Below, piece after piece: positions 8,213 through 16,559 of a stretch of 20,000 nucleotides of DNA. The DNA is from an uncultured virus (IMG/VR IMGVR_UViG_2788500088_000017). Its lineage: Duplodnaviria; Heunggongvirae; Uroviricota; Caudoviricetes. The stretch lies in the IMG/VR virus record IMGVR_UViG_2788500088_000017, one strand, 5' to 3'. Made by a program: the position numbers and the translations under genes. Within the stretch, counting starts at the first letter, position 1. Each line of letters begins with the position of its first letter. The notes under the pieces are model-generated. The model was given only the letters and a program-made list of their open reading frames with translations. It was not told the origin of the DNA and did no database searches.

Positions 8213-8439
8213 GCGTCCAGCCTCCTGTCAATCTCAACACAGTTCATCATCCAAAACATCATCACATTGCGCCAGTCCTTCATCGTGAAAGGGTTGCCCT
8301 GCGCGTCTTCTGCGTCGGGGAAGTGTTCAGCGAGGTAGAGATGCGCGCTCATCATGTTGCCGTAGTTGGTGTCGGAGTCGCGAATGACTTTGAGAAGGAT
8401 GAGGTATTCTTTCCACTCTTCGTATTTCTCTTCGTCCAT
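8209..8439 (-). CDS. Small helical hypothetical protein (76 aa)
   Basis: TGATG overlap at 8437-8441. IRDS...NMM...YL...F...WM pattern resembles small phage proteins. Confidence 0.7.
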   Translation of the reverse strand: MDEEKYEEWKEYLILLKVIRDSDTNYGNMMSAHLYLAEHFPDAEDAQGNPFTMKDWRNVMMFWMMNCVEIDRRLDA

Positions 8440-8792
8440 CAGTTCCACTCTCCTGTCGTTGGGTCAAAGGTTGGTTCGCTGGATGGCGTCGGCTCCACCT
8501 TCTTCAAAAGCGTGATGTGCATGTCCCATAACTTCGTGCCAAACGCGCGGTTGGTCTGCTTGACGATGGCCTTCGTGGATTTGATTTTCTCCACGATGCC
8601 TTCACCGTGTCCGCCATCGCGAAACCTCCAACACACGATGTCGCCAACGCGCAAGGATGCCTTGATGTTCGCTCGTCGTATCTGTCGTTTCGCCATGATG
8701 ACATCGCGCATGTATTTGTGCAGGTNGCGCAGTTCGTCTTCACTCATGTTTTCAATTTCTTTCTTCATTTTTTGTGGTATCATTTTTCTCAC
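8439..8792 (-). CDS. SH3/KOW-like beta-barrel protein with PTFDPTTG tail
   Basis: LRVGDIVCW...GIVEKIKSTKAIV...W...LLKKV pattern. GTGA overlap. Confidence 0.65.
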   Translation of the reverse strand: MRKMIPQKMKKEIENMSEDELRXLHKYMRDVIMAKRQIRRANIKASLRVGDIVCWRFRDGGHGEGIVEKIKSTKAIVKQTNRAFGTKLWDMHITLLKKVEPTPSSEPTFDPTTGEWN

Positions 8793-9286
8793 TCCATTTC
8801 TCCTGTTAGTGGATTGAATGTTTTGGCCTTCTCTTCATTGACGATGTAAGGCGCGATGAAGCAACCCCACGCACCGTCGGGACAGACAATATGCATGACG
8901 GTTCCCTTGAACCAAATGGTGAGATGGTCTTCCTTGCGCGTGTAATGTTTGATGAACATCTTGATGAACTTCGGTTCAAAGTGTGCGTCGCGATACTTCC
9001 ACAACTCTTTTTTCTCCAAAGACTTGAGAGCCATGCGAAGGTTCTCAACGGACATGGTCACAGGATTTGACATGACACTATCCATCAACTTCTCATTCTT
9101 CTCCGCGCTGTAAGGCTGACCGTGTTTGGTCATCATGTCAAGACGAGCGCGGTTGGAAAAGGGAACAATCATCATCGCATGCGATGGGTGAACGATGCCG
9201 GAGTATCTGTGCTGGGAACCGCTAAACTTGAAGGAGTTNTTCTCCCCCGCGAGCCAGTCTTCGGTTGTCATCCTCATGTCAGTCAT
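8789..9286 (-). CDS. Hypothetical protein with PCNA-like motifs (165 aa)
   Basis: Start 9286 (ATGA overlap). VHPSHAMMI resembles PCNA DPSHVAMV; DHLTIWF...MHI...GCFIAPYI resembles the PCNA C-terminal strands ending LAPRI. Confidence 0.45.
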   Translation of the reverse strand: MTDMRMTTEDWLAGEXNSFKFSGSQHRYSGIVHPSHAMMIVPFSNRARLDMMTKHGQPYSAEKNEKLMDSVMSNPVTMSVENLRMALKSLEKKELWKYRDAHFEPKFIKMFIKHYTRKEDHLTIWFKGTVMHIVCPDGAWGCFIAPYIVNEEKAKTFNPLTGEME

Positions 9287-9573
9287 CGGACTCGCCTCCA
9301 AAAGTTGCGTCGCTTTGCGAGAGTTGTGACCTTGACGAACTTGTCATCGCATCTCAAGAACATGGCAAGCGCGTCAACATTGCGCGGCAGGTCTTGATGG
9401 CCGGGGCCGTGGGTGTCAATGATTCTGTCCATGATGGTGCGCGCTTTCAAAGTCTCATCAACTTTCACGACACCGTAGACAAGACGAAGAGCATTCCGTC
9501 GCTTGCGAGCCGCCCTCGTTTCACCCGGTCGTCGGACACGGTGGTTGATGGGTTGTTGAAGTTCGCGCTTCAC
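9283..9573 (-). CDS. Basic winged-helix-like protein (96 aa)
   Basis: GTG start in a GTGA overlap behind GGAGGTGA. Similar to 15608-15952. Confidence 0.6.
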   Translation of the reverse strand: MKRELQQPINHRVRRPGETRAARKRRNALRLVYGVVKVDETLKARTIMDRIIDTHGPGHQDLPRNVDALAMFLRCDDKFVKVTTLAKRRNFWRRVR

Positions 9574-10082
9574 TCGCTCACCTCCATCGTGCTGACACCT
9601 TGGAACTCGTATCCCCAATTGATGTAGTCTGCGAGAAGACTGGCTTGCGTGTTTGCGATGGCTTGCTTGCGCTCTACCTTGTCGGAGAGTAAGTGAGCAT
9701 CAACCAACTCGCGTAGCATGAGAAGCACGCTTTGCTGGTTGCCAAGGTCAAGCGAGCCAACTGCGGCGCGTGTTATTCCTGTGGGAATGAGTGCCTTGAC
9801 CAAGTCGTAGCAAGCCATCTCCGAACTGCTTCCGCTTTCGGTGNAGCGTCCTTTGACGCGTATGACTGAACGGCTGATGTAGTCGTTCTCCCATTGAGAA
9901 CGCTCGCGAATGCTCACGCTTTCAATGCCGACTTCGCCGGTGGCGTATGTCCAAAAGTTCATCGGCCATCGTCTTCCCGTGTTCTTACAAACGACATCGT
10001 AGACCTTGCGGCGTCTTTGTTGTTCAACAAGAGCCGCGTCCATTTCTGCTTCGGTGTAGATGGGTTCGTCGTCGCCACTCAT
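9570..10082 (-). CDS. Hypothetical protein (170 aa)
   Basis: Coupled ORF with GGAGG RBS. Confidence 0.75.
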   Translation of the reverse strand: MSGDDEPIYTEAEMDAALVEQQRRRKVYDVVCKNTGRRWPMNFWTYATGEVGIESVSIRERSQWENDYISRSVIRVKGRXTESGSSSEMACYDLVKALIPTGITRAAVGSLDLGNQQSVLLMLRELVDAHLLSDKVERKQAIANTQASLLADYINWGYEFQGVSTMEVSE

Positions 10083-10654
10083 TCGGAAGCCTCCGTGGAT
10101 GGGTCGGCGTCAAGTTGCCAATGTTTGGATTGCGTGCCTTCGGCGGTGACGAGGTTGGCGACGAGGAAGTCGTCCAAGCCAGCAGTCTCACCCCATTGGT
10201 CGCGCTGGAACATGTCCCAGCGAGCAGGAGCAACACCCATCGGTGGCGGTGTCTGTTCCCCTCCGGTGGCAGGGTTGAACTCCTTGGGCATGGAAGGACA
10301 AGGTGCAGACTTGAGACTGCCGCGGTGTCCTCTCATGTTGAGGTCGCGTGCTTCGTAGACCCAGCCCCAAGCGGCGCGGCACTTGCTTCCCTTGCAGGGA
10401 CAGTCGCCAAGCGGGATGACAAGGTGGTCCATGAAGGCGAGTCCTTGAATGCGGTGGTGGCCCGTGCCGTAGTCGTCGGGCTTGCTTTCAAACTCGTCCC
10501 AGTCACCGTCGCAGTAGGTGCGGAACATTTGTTCCCGGTTGTCATCGTTGACATCAATAACAAACTGAACCTCGCGGGTCAGTTCACCATCGTTGGTCTT
10601 CTTGTTCTGTGCGTTGAGGTTCCATTGTTTTGATACATCTTCCATGTGTTTCAC
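10079..10654 (-). CDS. Hypothetical protein (191 aa; CPC...C, FNPATG)
   Basis: Coupled at both ends. Confidence 0.75.
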   Translation of the reverse strand: MKHMEDVSKQWNLNAQNKKTNDGELTREVQFVIDVNDDNREQMFRTYCDGDWDEFESKPDDYGTGHHRIQGLAFMDHLVIPLGDCPCKGSKCRAAWGWVYEARDLNMRGHRGSLKSAPCPSMPKEFNPATGGEQTPPPMGVAPARWDMFQRDQWGETAGLDDFLVANLVTAEGTQSKHWQLDADPSTEASE

Positions 10655-11358
10655 TCCACCATTTTGTTCCTAACGACTCCAACCAAGGCGCGCAGTTCGC
10701 AGACAAGTCGCGAGCGGCCGAGAGTGTTGACACCGTTGAGAGCGTCAAGCAACATCCGTTCGGCTACATCATGTTCAACGAACAGGGATTGCGCGATGTG
10801 TCCGATGACGCTCGTTGTGAATCCGAGAACGATGTCGTTCTGCATCTCAACGAAGCCACCCTCAACTTTGACGATGCGCGTCACGCCGAGAGCAGGGTCG
10901 TAGTCCTCGCCCCACTTTGCGACTTCTTCCGCAGTCGGCTTGGGGTAGAAGTCGTCGTCGGATGCACCGAGGTCAGCGAGAACCTTCTCGGCAACCTTGA
11001 CTGCGTCGGGCTTNCTGTCCGACNCAATCGCGTCAGCGGCAGGNGTCTTGGTGTAGCCACCCTTCTTCTCAAAGGCAGGGATGGGGATGCTTTCACCGGG
11101 GATGACCATACCGACAGGGTGGTAGTGGACATACGCGCGACTGTCGCCTGCGGCTTGGAAGCGTGTCTTTCCGATGAAGCCTTGCTTGGCCGCATCGGAA
11201 AGGTTGGCATGAATCTTGGATGCTTTCACATCCTTCATGCTACGCTTGTCAATTAGCGCGACGACAGCGGAGGCTGTCAAGGGGGCGTTCTCAGTATCAA
11301 CAATCCGTGCGACGAATCGTTGTTTCTTTTCTTTGTTTTCCAATGTGTATTTTGGCAT
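10651..11358 (-). CDS. Protein with N-terminal winged-helix-like domain (235 aa)
   Basis: ATG 11358 behind GGTGA. PLTASAVVALI...SKIHANLSDAAKQGFIGK...YVHY fits a wHTH pattern. Confidence 0.65.
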   Translation of the reverse strand: MPKYTLENKEKKQRFVARIVDTENAPLTASAVVALIDKRSMKDVKASKIHANLSDAAKQGFIGKTRFQAAGDSRAYVHYHPVGMVIPGESIPIPAFEKKGGYTKXPAADAIXSDXKPDAVKVAEKVLADLGASDDDFYPKPTAEEVAKWGEDYDPALGVTRIVKVEGGFVEMQNDIVLGFTTSVIGHIAQSLFVEHDVAERMLLDALNGVNTLGRSRLVCELRALVGVVRNKMVE

Positions 11359-11369
11359 GGTATTCACCA

Positions 11370-11534
11370 ACTCTTGCAGACGCGCTCATCATTCCATGAG
11401 CAACGATAGTCAAGTGGCGGGGGAGGCATGGCGAAACAAACAAAAAAGCCATACCTCCCCCATGAAAGAGAGCCGTGGTGTTTTACTTGCTTATCCACGG
11501 AGGCAAGAGTGAGAGGGCAGGGGGGTGCTACCCT
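11370..11534 (-). ncRNA. Candidate structured RNA / leader element
   Basis: Five helices: a closing stem ACUCUUGC/GCAAGAGU around three hairpins, plus a 5' hairpin. Both plus-strand mismatches become G-U pairs on the minus strand. Confidence 0.55.
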
Positions 11535-11543
11535 ATGCTGACA

Positions 11544-13556
11544 TCAAGCCGTTGCTTGAACGATGGCGAACTCTTTGAGTTGCGAAGCAGACTGCGACTC
11601 AAGCGTGACCATTTTCCCTTTGATGGGAACAACCATTTTCTCCGGGTTCTGTTGGAACCAGTCGCGCATGGCAGACAAGTCATCAACTTCACCGTTGGTG
11701 TGGTTAGCGTAGACAGCCAAGTTTTCCTGTGCGATGCGCTCAAAGAGGTTTGTCGTTGCGCCGGACTTCTTCATGAATCCTTCAACNCCTTGCTCTTGTC
11801 CTTTCATGACGCGCTTCCCGTTCTCCGATACATAGATGGGGTTGTGGGTCTGCGTGCCGGTGACTGCTTGCATGGCGTGGAACATGGTTCCCGCGGCTTC
11901 CTTGTCGGCCTCGGTCTCAAGGTTGACATAGTGGATGTCGGGGTCGCTCCAACCCTTCACCACATTGTTGTAGACTTGACCGCCAATCAAAGTGACGGCG
12001 GAGTGGTCCAACTTGAGTGGGGTAATGCTTCCGTCTGCGTTCTTGACATGGGGAAGCGAATCAAGGTCACCGACCTTGACCTTACCCTTGGGTCGGCTGA
12101 CGAGTCCGTTGTGGTCAAGCACCGTCATGAACTTGTCAAACATGTTCATCTCAATGGGTAGGAACCGACAGATGTGAGTCGCGAGAAGCGTGCGGCGAGC
12201 GTCGTTCAATGCGTGTCCAAGTTGCGTAGCAAACTGGTCCGGGTTGAACTCAGCGACGCTACCCTTCATGTGGCGAACATTGAGGATGCTTTGCGTGCCT
12301 CCACGCATAGCGAGGTTGCCACAGTAGGTGCGAAGCACAGACATGATACCGCGCAAAGCAGACTTGCCATCGTGGGAGTTCATGATGGAGACACCGATGC
12401 GGTGTCCACCCTCTTCCTCAACGAGCGCGTCGGAGATGCGGTTTGCTGACAGGTTGACATACCCAAAGTTGTTGAGACCCGCGGCTGATTCCTTGCGGGT
12501 CTTCTTGGCAAAGCCGGACAAGTCAAGGTTGAGCATGGCGCGTCCTCCATTGTTGAACGAGAAGGCGTCCCATGTGATGACTTCCTCACCGAACTGTGCG
12601 TTCATGGCCTGCACCACTTGGATAACAGGCTTGAAAACATCGGGATGCTCAACCGTTGCGAAGTTGGAACCAACTGCGCGGTTGAGAATATACCCGACGG
12701 GGTGGTCGTCGTCCTTGAGAGTGGGGTTGACGATGACGCTGATGCGGTCTTCACCCTTGCCGTTGGTGACGGGGTAGTGCTTGACATCGTGAGAGACAGG
12801 GTCTTGCACTTGGATGACGAGGGGGTATCGTTCCGTGCGGAAGTTCCACGCTCCCTTGAGGTCAGCACCACGGTTGCCGGTGGCGATGGCTTTCGCGATG
12901 GCGGTGTTCATGCCTTCTTGCGCGGCGGCATCCTTTTCAGCACGCTCCTTGCGAAGAATGGCAGTCTTCTCAGCCGCCTTCAAACGCTTCTTCATCTGCG
13001 TCTTCTTGTCGTCCTCCGGTGTCTGTGAGATGTCAACCGCGGGTCCATCAAAGGAAGGGACGGTGTCATCCCACGATTCGTTCTCATCAAACGATGGGGT
13101 GTCGTCAAACGATGGGGTGTCGTCAAACGATGGGGTGTCGTCAAACGATGGGGTGTCATCAGTCGCGTCAGCGGCAAGGTCAAGGATGGTCGGGAGTTCT
13201 GCGCTGGGCAGGTCTCCAAACTCCATCCAAGCGTCGGCTTCGTCCTTGAACGATGCATCACCGTCGGACGCTGATGCACCGTAGAGAGAGAACAGTTGAG
13301 GCGCGTCTTCCTTGAGGTCAAGGAAGAGCGTCACNGTCTCTCCGTTCATGGCACTCCATGCTTTCGTGTCGTCAAGCGCAACTTGCTCACCGTCAAGAGT
13401 GACGGCGACCATGTGCTTGCGCTGGAACCACATCGTGGTTGGTTCTTGGGTAGATGCGTTCAAGTATTTCACTTGAAGCATCGTTGGCTTCATGGCTTCC
13501 ACCGGACCGCGAATGACGGTTCGGCTTGGTTTTTGGTTTTCGTTTTCCTGTGGCAT
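11544..13556 (-). CDS. DUF932/DUF945-like protein with acidic PSFD-repeat N-terminal extension (670 aa)
   Basis: NSHDGKSAL...LRTYCGN matches the DUF932 signature NSHDGS...RxxCxN; also VGSNFATVEHPDVF and LNVRHMKG. ATG 13556 behind GAGGTGA. Confidence 0.8.
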   Translation of the reverse strand: MPQENENQKPSRTVIRGPVEAMKPTMLQVKYLNASTQEPTTMWFQRKHMVAVTLDGEQVALDDTKAWSAMNGEXVTLFLDLKEDAPQLFSLYGASASDGDASFKDEADAWMEFGDLPSAELPTILDLAADATDDTPSFDDTPSFDDTPSFDDTPSFDENESWDDTVPSFDGPAVDISQTPEDDKKTQMKKRLKAAEKTAILRKERAEKDAAAQEGMNTAIAKAIATGNRGADLKGAWNFRTERYPLVIQVQDPVSHDVKHYPVTNGKGEDRISVIVNPTLKDDDHPVGYILNRAVGSNFATVEHPDVFKPVIQVVQAMNAQFGEEVITWDAFSFNNGGRAMLNLDLSGFAKKTRKESAAGLNNFGYVNLSANRISDALVEEEGGHRIGVSIMNSHDGKSALRGIMSVLRTYCGNLAMRGGTQSILNVRHMKGSVAEFNPDQFATQLGHALNDARRTLLATHICRFLPIEMNMFDKFMTVLDHNGLVSRPKGKVKVGDLDSLPHVKNADGSITPLKLDHSAVTLIGGQVYNNVVKGWSDPDIHYVNLETEADKEAAGTMFHAMQAVTGTQTHNPIYVSENGKRVMKGQEQXVEGFMKKSGATTNLFERIAQENLAVYANHTNGEVDDLSAMRDWFQQNPEKMVVPIKGKMVTLESQSASQLKEFAIVQATA
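13087..13158. repeat. 4 x 18-bp tandem repeat (DDTPSF x4)
   Basis: TCAAACGATGGGGTGTCG units at 13087, 13105, 13123 and 13141 (last base of the final unit differs). Confidence 0.97.
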
Positions 13557-13574
13557 GTTGTTCACCTCGGAATG

Positions 13575-14156
13575 TCAAAGTGCGAAGTCCTCCATGACTT
13601 CGGCGGGGATGAATGACCCGGTGGTCGGGTCAAATGTAAGTGGTGTTTCCTCATCAAACGATGGGGCTCCATCAAAGGTTGGAACCTCATCAAAGGTTGG
13701 AACTTCTTCGTCAAAGGTCGGAACCTCATCAAAGGTTGGAACTTCCTCGTCGCGCGACATGGAAGTCGCTTCACTTGTAGGTTTATCAACTTTGGCGTCG
13801 CGCGAGATTGAAATCAAAGACGATTGTATTCGCACGCCGCACTTGGATGTGCAAGCGAGGTAGTGTTCTGTCTCATCGGTGGAGAGTCGTCCGTGAAAGT
13901 GAGCGAGTTCACCGTCGCAACGAGGACAGGTGTAGCCCTTGCTCACATCGTTGTGAAAGTAGTCCGCGTTGATGGTGAAACTCATTGATGGGTTGGTGTA
14001 ATACTTCCTCAATGTAGAATGGGGTCGTAAGTAAGCATCAACGCACACCTTCTCGGTGATGGTTTCGCGGAAGGTGATGGCGACGAAGTGGTCGCGCAAC
14101 ATCTCCTTGATGGTCGGTCGTTGTTTTGCATTTTGCATTTGGGTCTTGGTGGTCAT
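13575..14156 (-). CDS. Zn-ribbon protein with C-terminal VPTFD repeats (193 aa)
   Basis: ATG 14156 in an ATGA overlap, GGAGGAG RBS. CPRC...CTSKC. Confidence 0.8.
   Translation of the reverse strand: MTTKTQMQNAKQRPTIKEMLRDHFVAITFRETITEKVCVDAYLRPHSTLRKYYTNPSMSFTINADYFHNDVSKGYTCPRCDGELAHFHGRLSTDETEHYLACTSKCGVRIQSSLISISRDAKVDKPTSEATSMSRDEEVPTFDEVPTFDEEVPTFDEVPTFDGAPSFDEETPLTFDPTTGSFIPAEVMEDFAL
13671..13749. repeat. Alternating 18/21-bp tandem repeat (EVPTFD/EEVPTFD), 39-bp period
   Basis: TCAAAGGTYGGAAC core occurs four times. Confidence 0.95.
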
Positions 14157-14335
14157 TGTTTCTCCTCCTTGTTGGTGTCCTTGGGACTGTGAATGCGCAT
14201 TCTTGCGCGGTGTTGTTGGGCTTGTAGCCATGCTCTCGGAAACCAAGGACTGGCGACAGCCTCGGTTGAGACATCTCCGAATTGTTGGTAGACGCATTCG
14301 TCTGTGGTGATGGTGATGGTTGGCTTGTCGCTCAT
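14153..14335 (-). CDS. Small hypothetical protein (60 aa)
   Basis: ATGA-coupled at both ends. Confidence 0.65.
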   Translation of the reverse strand: MSDKPTITITTDECVYQQFGDVSTEAVASPWFPRAWLQAQQHRARMRIHSPKDTNKEEKQ

Positions 14336-14562
14336 TTGCTCGCCTCCCGGAGAACTTGCGGTAGACTGTTTGCTCCTTGTGTTTCGCAGACAATGCAGAA
14401 GTCCGCGCAGTCGCCCTCATTGTGCATTTTGATTTGCGCTTGCTCGGCGGCGTGGTCAAGGGTATGCTTGTCAACTTCGTCCAACATGTAGTTGAGGTAT
14501 TTGATTTCGTTCAACCATGCATCTATGGCTTTCATCACTATGGTGTAGTAGTCTTCGCTCAT
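14332..14562 (-). CDS. Small protein with possible HxxxxCxxxCxxC Zn site
   Basis: HNEGDCADFCIVC; coupled. Confidence 0.7.
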   Translation of the reverse strand: MSEDYYTIVMKAIDAWLNEIKYLNYMLDEVDKHTLDHAAEQAQIKMHNEGDCADFCIVCETQGANSLPQVLREASK

Positions 14563-14879
14563 TCGCTCGCCTCCTCAATGAAATAACGGAAGATGGAGTC
14601 GGGGTCCGTGTGCTTGAGCAAGGTTTGTCGGTGAGCCTTGGCCGCTTCGTATGTAGGGAATGGGCCGTCCGACTCACCACTCTTGTCATCCGTGACCAAC
14701 CACACAGTTGCCGCTTCTTCACTCGTTTTGTAAACGCGAATCTTACCAATGAATGAACAGAATCCATCGCGAAGACTGTCCGCCCAATGCTTCTCCGCTT
14801 CTTCTTTGGTGGTGAAACCGTAGTCGGTCGGTGGGTCGTAGGCGTCGTAGTAGAGAACATAGATTGTTTCGTGAGTCAT
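14559..14879 (-). CDS. Hypothetical protein with repeated FxTxEEA motif
   Basis: GFTTKEEA, YKTSEEA, PFPTYEAA; coupled. Confidence 0.75.
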   Translation of the reverse strand: MTHETIYVLYYDAYDPPTDYGFTTKEEAEKHWADSLRDGFCSFIGKIRVYKTSEEAATVWLVTDDKSGESDGPFPTYEAAKAHRQTLLKHTDPDSIFRYFIEEASE

Positions 14880-15244
14880 TGTCCCTCACCATCCGTTGGT
14901 TCAAAGCCGAAGTCAACGCAGGGCTGAATGTTGTGTTTAGCATGGGCCTCAGCCAAACGGTCAAAGGGGTGAGGTGTGATGTAGGGTGGCGCGTCGCTGT
15001 GTTCAGTTGGCTCAAAGCCGAGGGCTGATTGTAGAAGGTTGTCAGTAGCGCGGTTCTTGGGTGTGAAGTTGTCGGAGAGGGTGCGCTCAACGAAGCGTGG
15101 GATTTCCGCAGGGTCTTCCCAATCACGGAAGAAGTTGAGGCGCTCAATCTGCTTGAAGGCTTCGCTGTAAAGCCAGTCGTAGTTGGTGGGTCGCGCGGCG
15201 TAGCCTTGGTTGTAGTAGATGCTGAAGGTAGGTGCGATACTCAT
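14876..15244 (-). CDS. Hypothetical protein (122 aa; GFEPT twice)
   Basis: ATG 15244 in an ATGA overlap, GAGGTGA RBS. Confidence 0.75.
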   Translation of the reverse strand: MSIAPTFSIYYNQGYAARPTNYDWLYSEAFKQIERLNFFRDWEDPAEIPRFVERTLSDNFTPKNRATDNLLQSALGFEPTEHSDAPPYITPHPFDRLAEAHAKHNIQPCVDFGFEPTDGEGQ

Positions 15245-15438
15245 TCGCTCACCTCGCAATCAATGTTCACCATTGGAGTGTTCGCGGCATGCGCGATGTC
15301 CTCCTTGGTGCAGTTGGTCAAACGCTTGAAGCGCGTGCTTCCACATGTGGTGCAGATGAAGCGAACGGAGATGACCGTGTCGGGGAAGAAGTTGTGCAGT
15401 CTTTGGTTGTCGGTGTGGACAAACTTACACTTCATCAT
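15241..15438 (-). CDS. Small protein with CxxC (65 aa)
   Basis: FICTTCG; coupled. Confidence 0.7.
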   Translation of the reverse strand: MMKCKFVHTDNQRLHNFFPDTVISVRFICTTCGSTRFKRLTNCTKEDIAHAANTPMVNIDCEVSE

Positions 15439-15548
15439 TCTTCTTCACCTCGTGCGGCTTCTGCTTCGCGCAAGAGTCGTGCCTTGCGGAAGGATGTTGT
15501 TCGGTGTTTTGGGTTTGGGGTTTGGGGTTTCGTGTTTTGGTTTTTCAT
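15435..15548 (-). CDS. 37-aa basic peptide
   Basis: Not in the track. MKNQNTKPQTPNPKHRTTSFRKARLLREAEAARGEEE, AAGGAG RBS, ends in an ATGA junction. Confidence 0.6.
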   Translation of the reverse strand: MKNQNTKPQTPNPKHRTTSFRKARLLREAEAARGEEE

Positions 15549-15607
15549 TTCGTTTCTCTCCTTGAGATTGTTGGAATAGATTTGAAGCACGGTGTTGAAA
15601 GCGTGCG

Positions 15608-15952
15608 TCATTGTTTCACCTCATGTGCAGGGTGGGTTTCTCCCTGTTGAACAGGGCCGATGAGAAGGACGCACCATTCTTTTTGGTGCTTCGTTGTGCG
15701 ACCAGCGCGACCCAAAATGAGAGGGTCTTTCCTCAAGAACTTGATGAGTTGTTGAAGGCATGGCATTTGCGCATGACGGAAGGCACGATTGGGACCATAC
15801 TTGCGGACCCAAGAAGGAGGGTTGTAGTCCGCCAACATATCCAGCAAGGCTCGCGCCGTGTAGAATGTGTTGGGTTCTACCATGTCGTGGATGTAAGAAA
15901 GGTAGGTGCTGGCTTTGTCCTTGCGGGTTCTTGAGTTTGGTCTTTCAATCAT
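15608..15952 (-). CDS. Winged-helix-like protein (114 aa)
   Basis: TFYTARALLDML...MPCLQQLIKFLRKDP...KEW; similar to 9283-9573. Confidence 0.6.
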   Translation of the reverse strand: MIERPNSRTRKDKASTYLSYIHDMVEPNTFYTARALLDMLADYNPPSWVRKYGPNRAFRHAQMPCLQQLIKFLRKDPLILGRAGRTTKHQKEWCVLLIGPVQQGETHPAHEVKQ

Positions 15953-16338
15953 TCGTTCACCTCCAAGGCAGACTTGTTGTCAAAGTAGAAGTCCATCGCG
16001 TCAGCCATCAATGCGATGGTGTAGCGTTGGAGTGCTGATTCGTCCAAGGCTTGAACGACACACCATTGCGCGTATCCTTTGGAGCAACCAAACTTCGTCG
16101 CGATGAACGAGGTGTGTTGGTAGATGACCCAAGAACGAAGAGCGTTGTGCTTGGCCTTGGGAGACTGCCGGTTGACGATGTCGTGAAGAGTCTTGACAGT
16201 CTTGAGATGGTCGTCCATAGAACCGTTCCCGTAAGAACCTTCAATGAAGAGGCGGAAGTGTCGGCGCATGAAGTTGTCGCTGTCGTTGATGTCGTTCGTG
16301 TTCAAGGTGGTGATGATGTTCTCCTTGACGGTGGTCAT
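15949..16338 (-). CDS. Hypothetical protein (129 aa)
   Basis: Coupled, GGAGG RBS. Confidence 0.75.
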   Translation of the reverse strand: MTTVKENIITTLNTNDINDSDNFMRRHFRLFIEGSYGNGSMDDHLKTVKTLHDIVNRQSPKAKHNALRSWVIYQHTSFIATKFGCSKGYAQWCVVQALDESALQRYTIALMADAMDFYFDNKSALEVNE

Positions 16339-16559
16339 TCGGATGCCTCCTTGTTGTGGTTCACGATGAATGCATCGCGCTTCTCTTTCGTAGGGAAGAA
16401 GCGTTGATTTGAAGTTGGAAACTCCTCTTGGTTCAAAGCGCGAGAGATGTCAACAAGTCCAAAGCGAGCGAGTCTGTCGTGAGCAACAGCACCGTCGGGG
16501 GTGATGATGGCGACAAAGAACAGCGCGGTTCCGTTGTTGGTGTAGTCAATGGTGGTCAT
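16335..16559 (-). CDS. Small hypothetical protein (74 aa)
   Basis: Coupled; contains FFPTKEKRD. Confidence 0.7.
   Translation of the reverse strand: MTTIDYTNNGTALFFVAIITPDGAVAHDRLARFGLVDISRALNQEEFPTSNQRFFPTKEKRDAFIVNHNKEASE

Noticed and set aside
11370..11534. tRNA or hammerhead ribozyme
   Set aside because: No TTC-containing T-loop or tRNA-like arm lengths, and no CUGAUGA/GAAA core.
13087..13749. Tandem repeats as a CRISPR or mini-CRISPR array
   Set aside because: No unique spacers; units are multiples of 3 and in frame within genes.
15506..15531. Telomere-like or G-quadruplex GT tract
   Set aside because: Only three G-runs, on the template strand of a short Pro/Asn/Lys-rich ORF.
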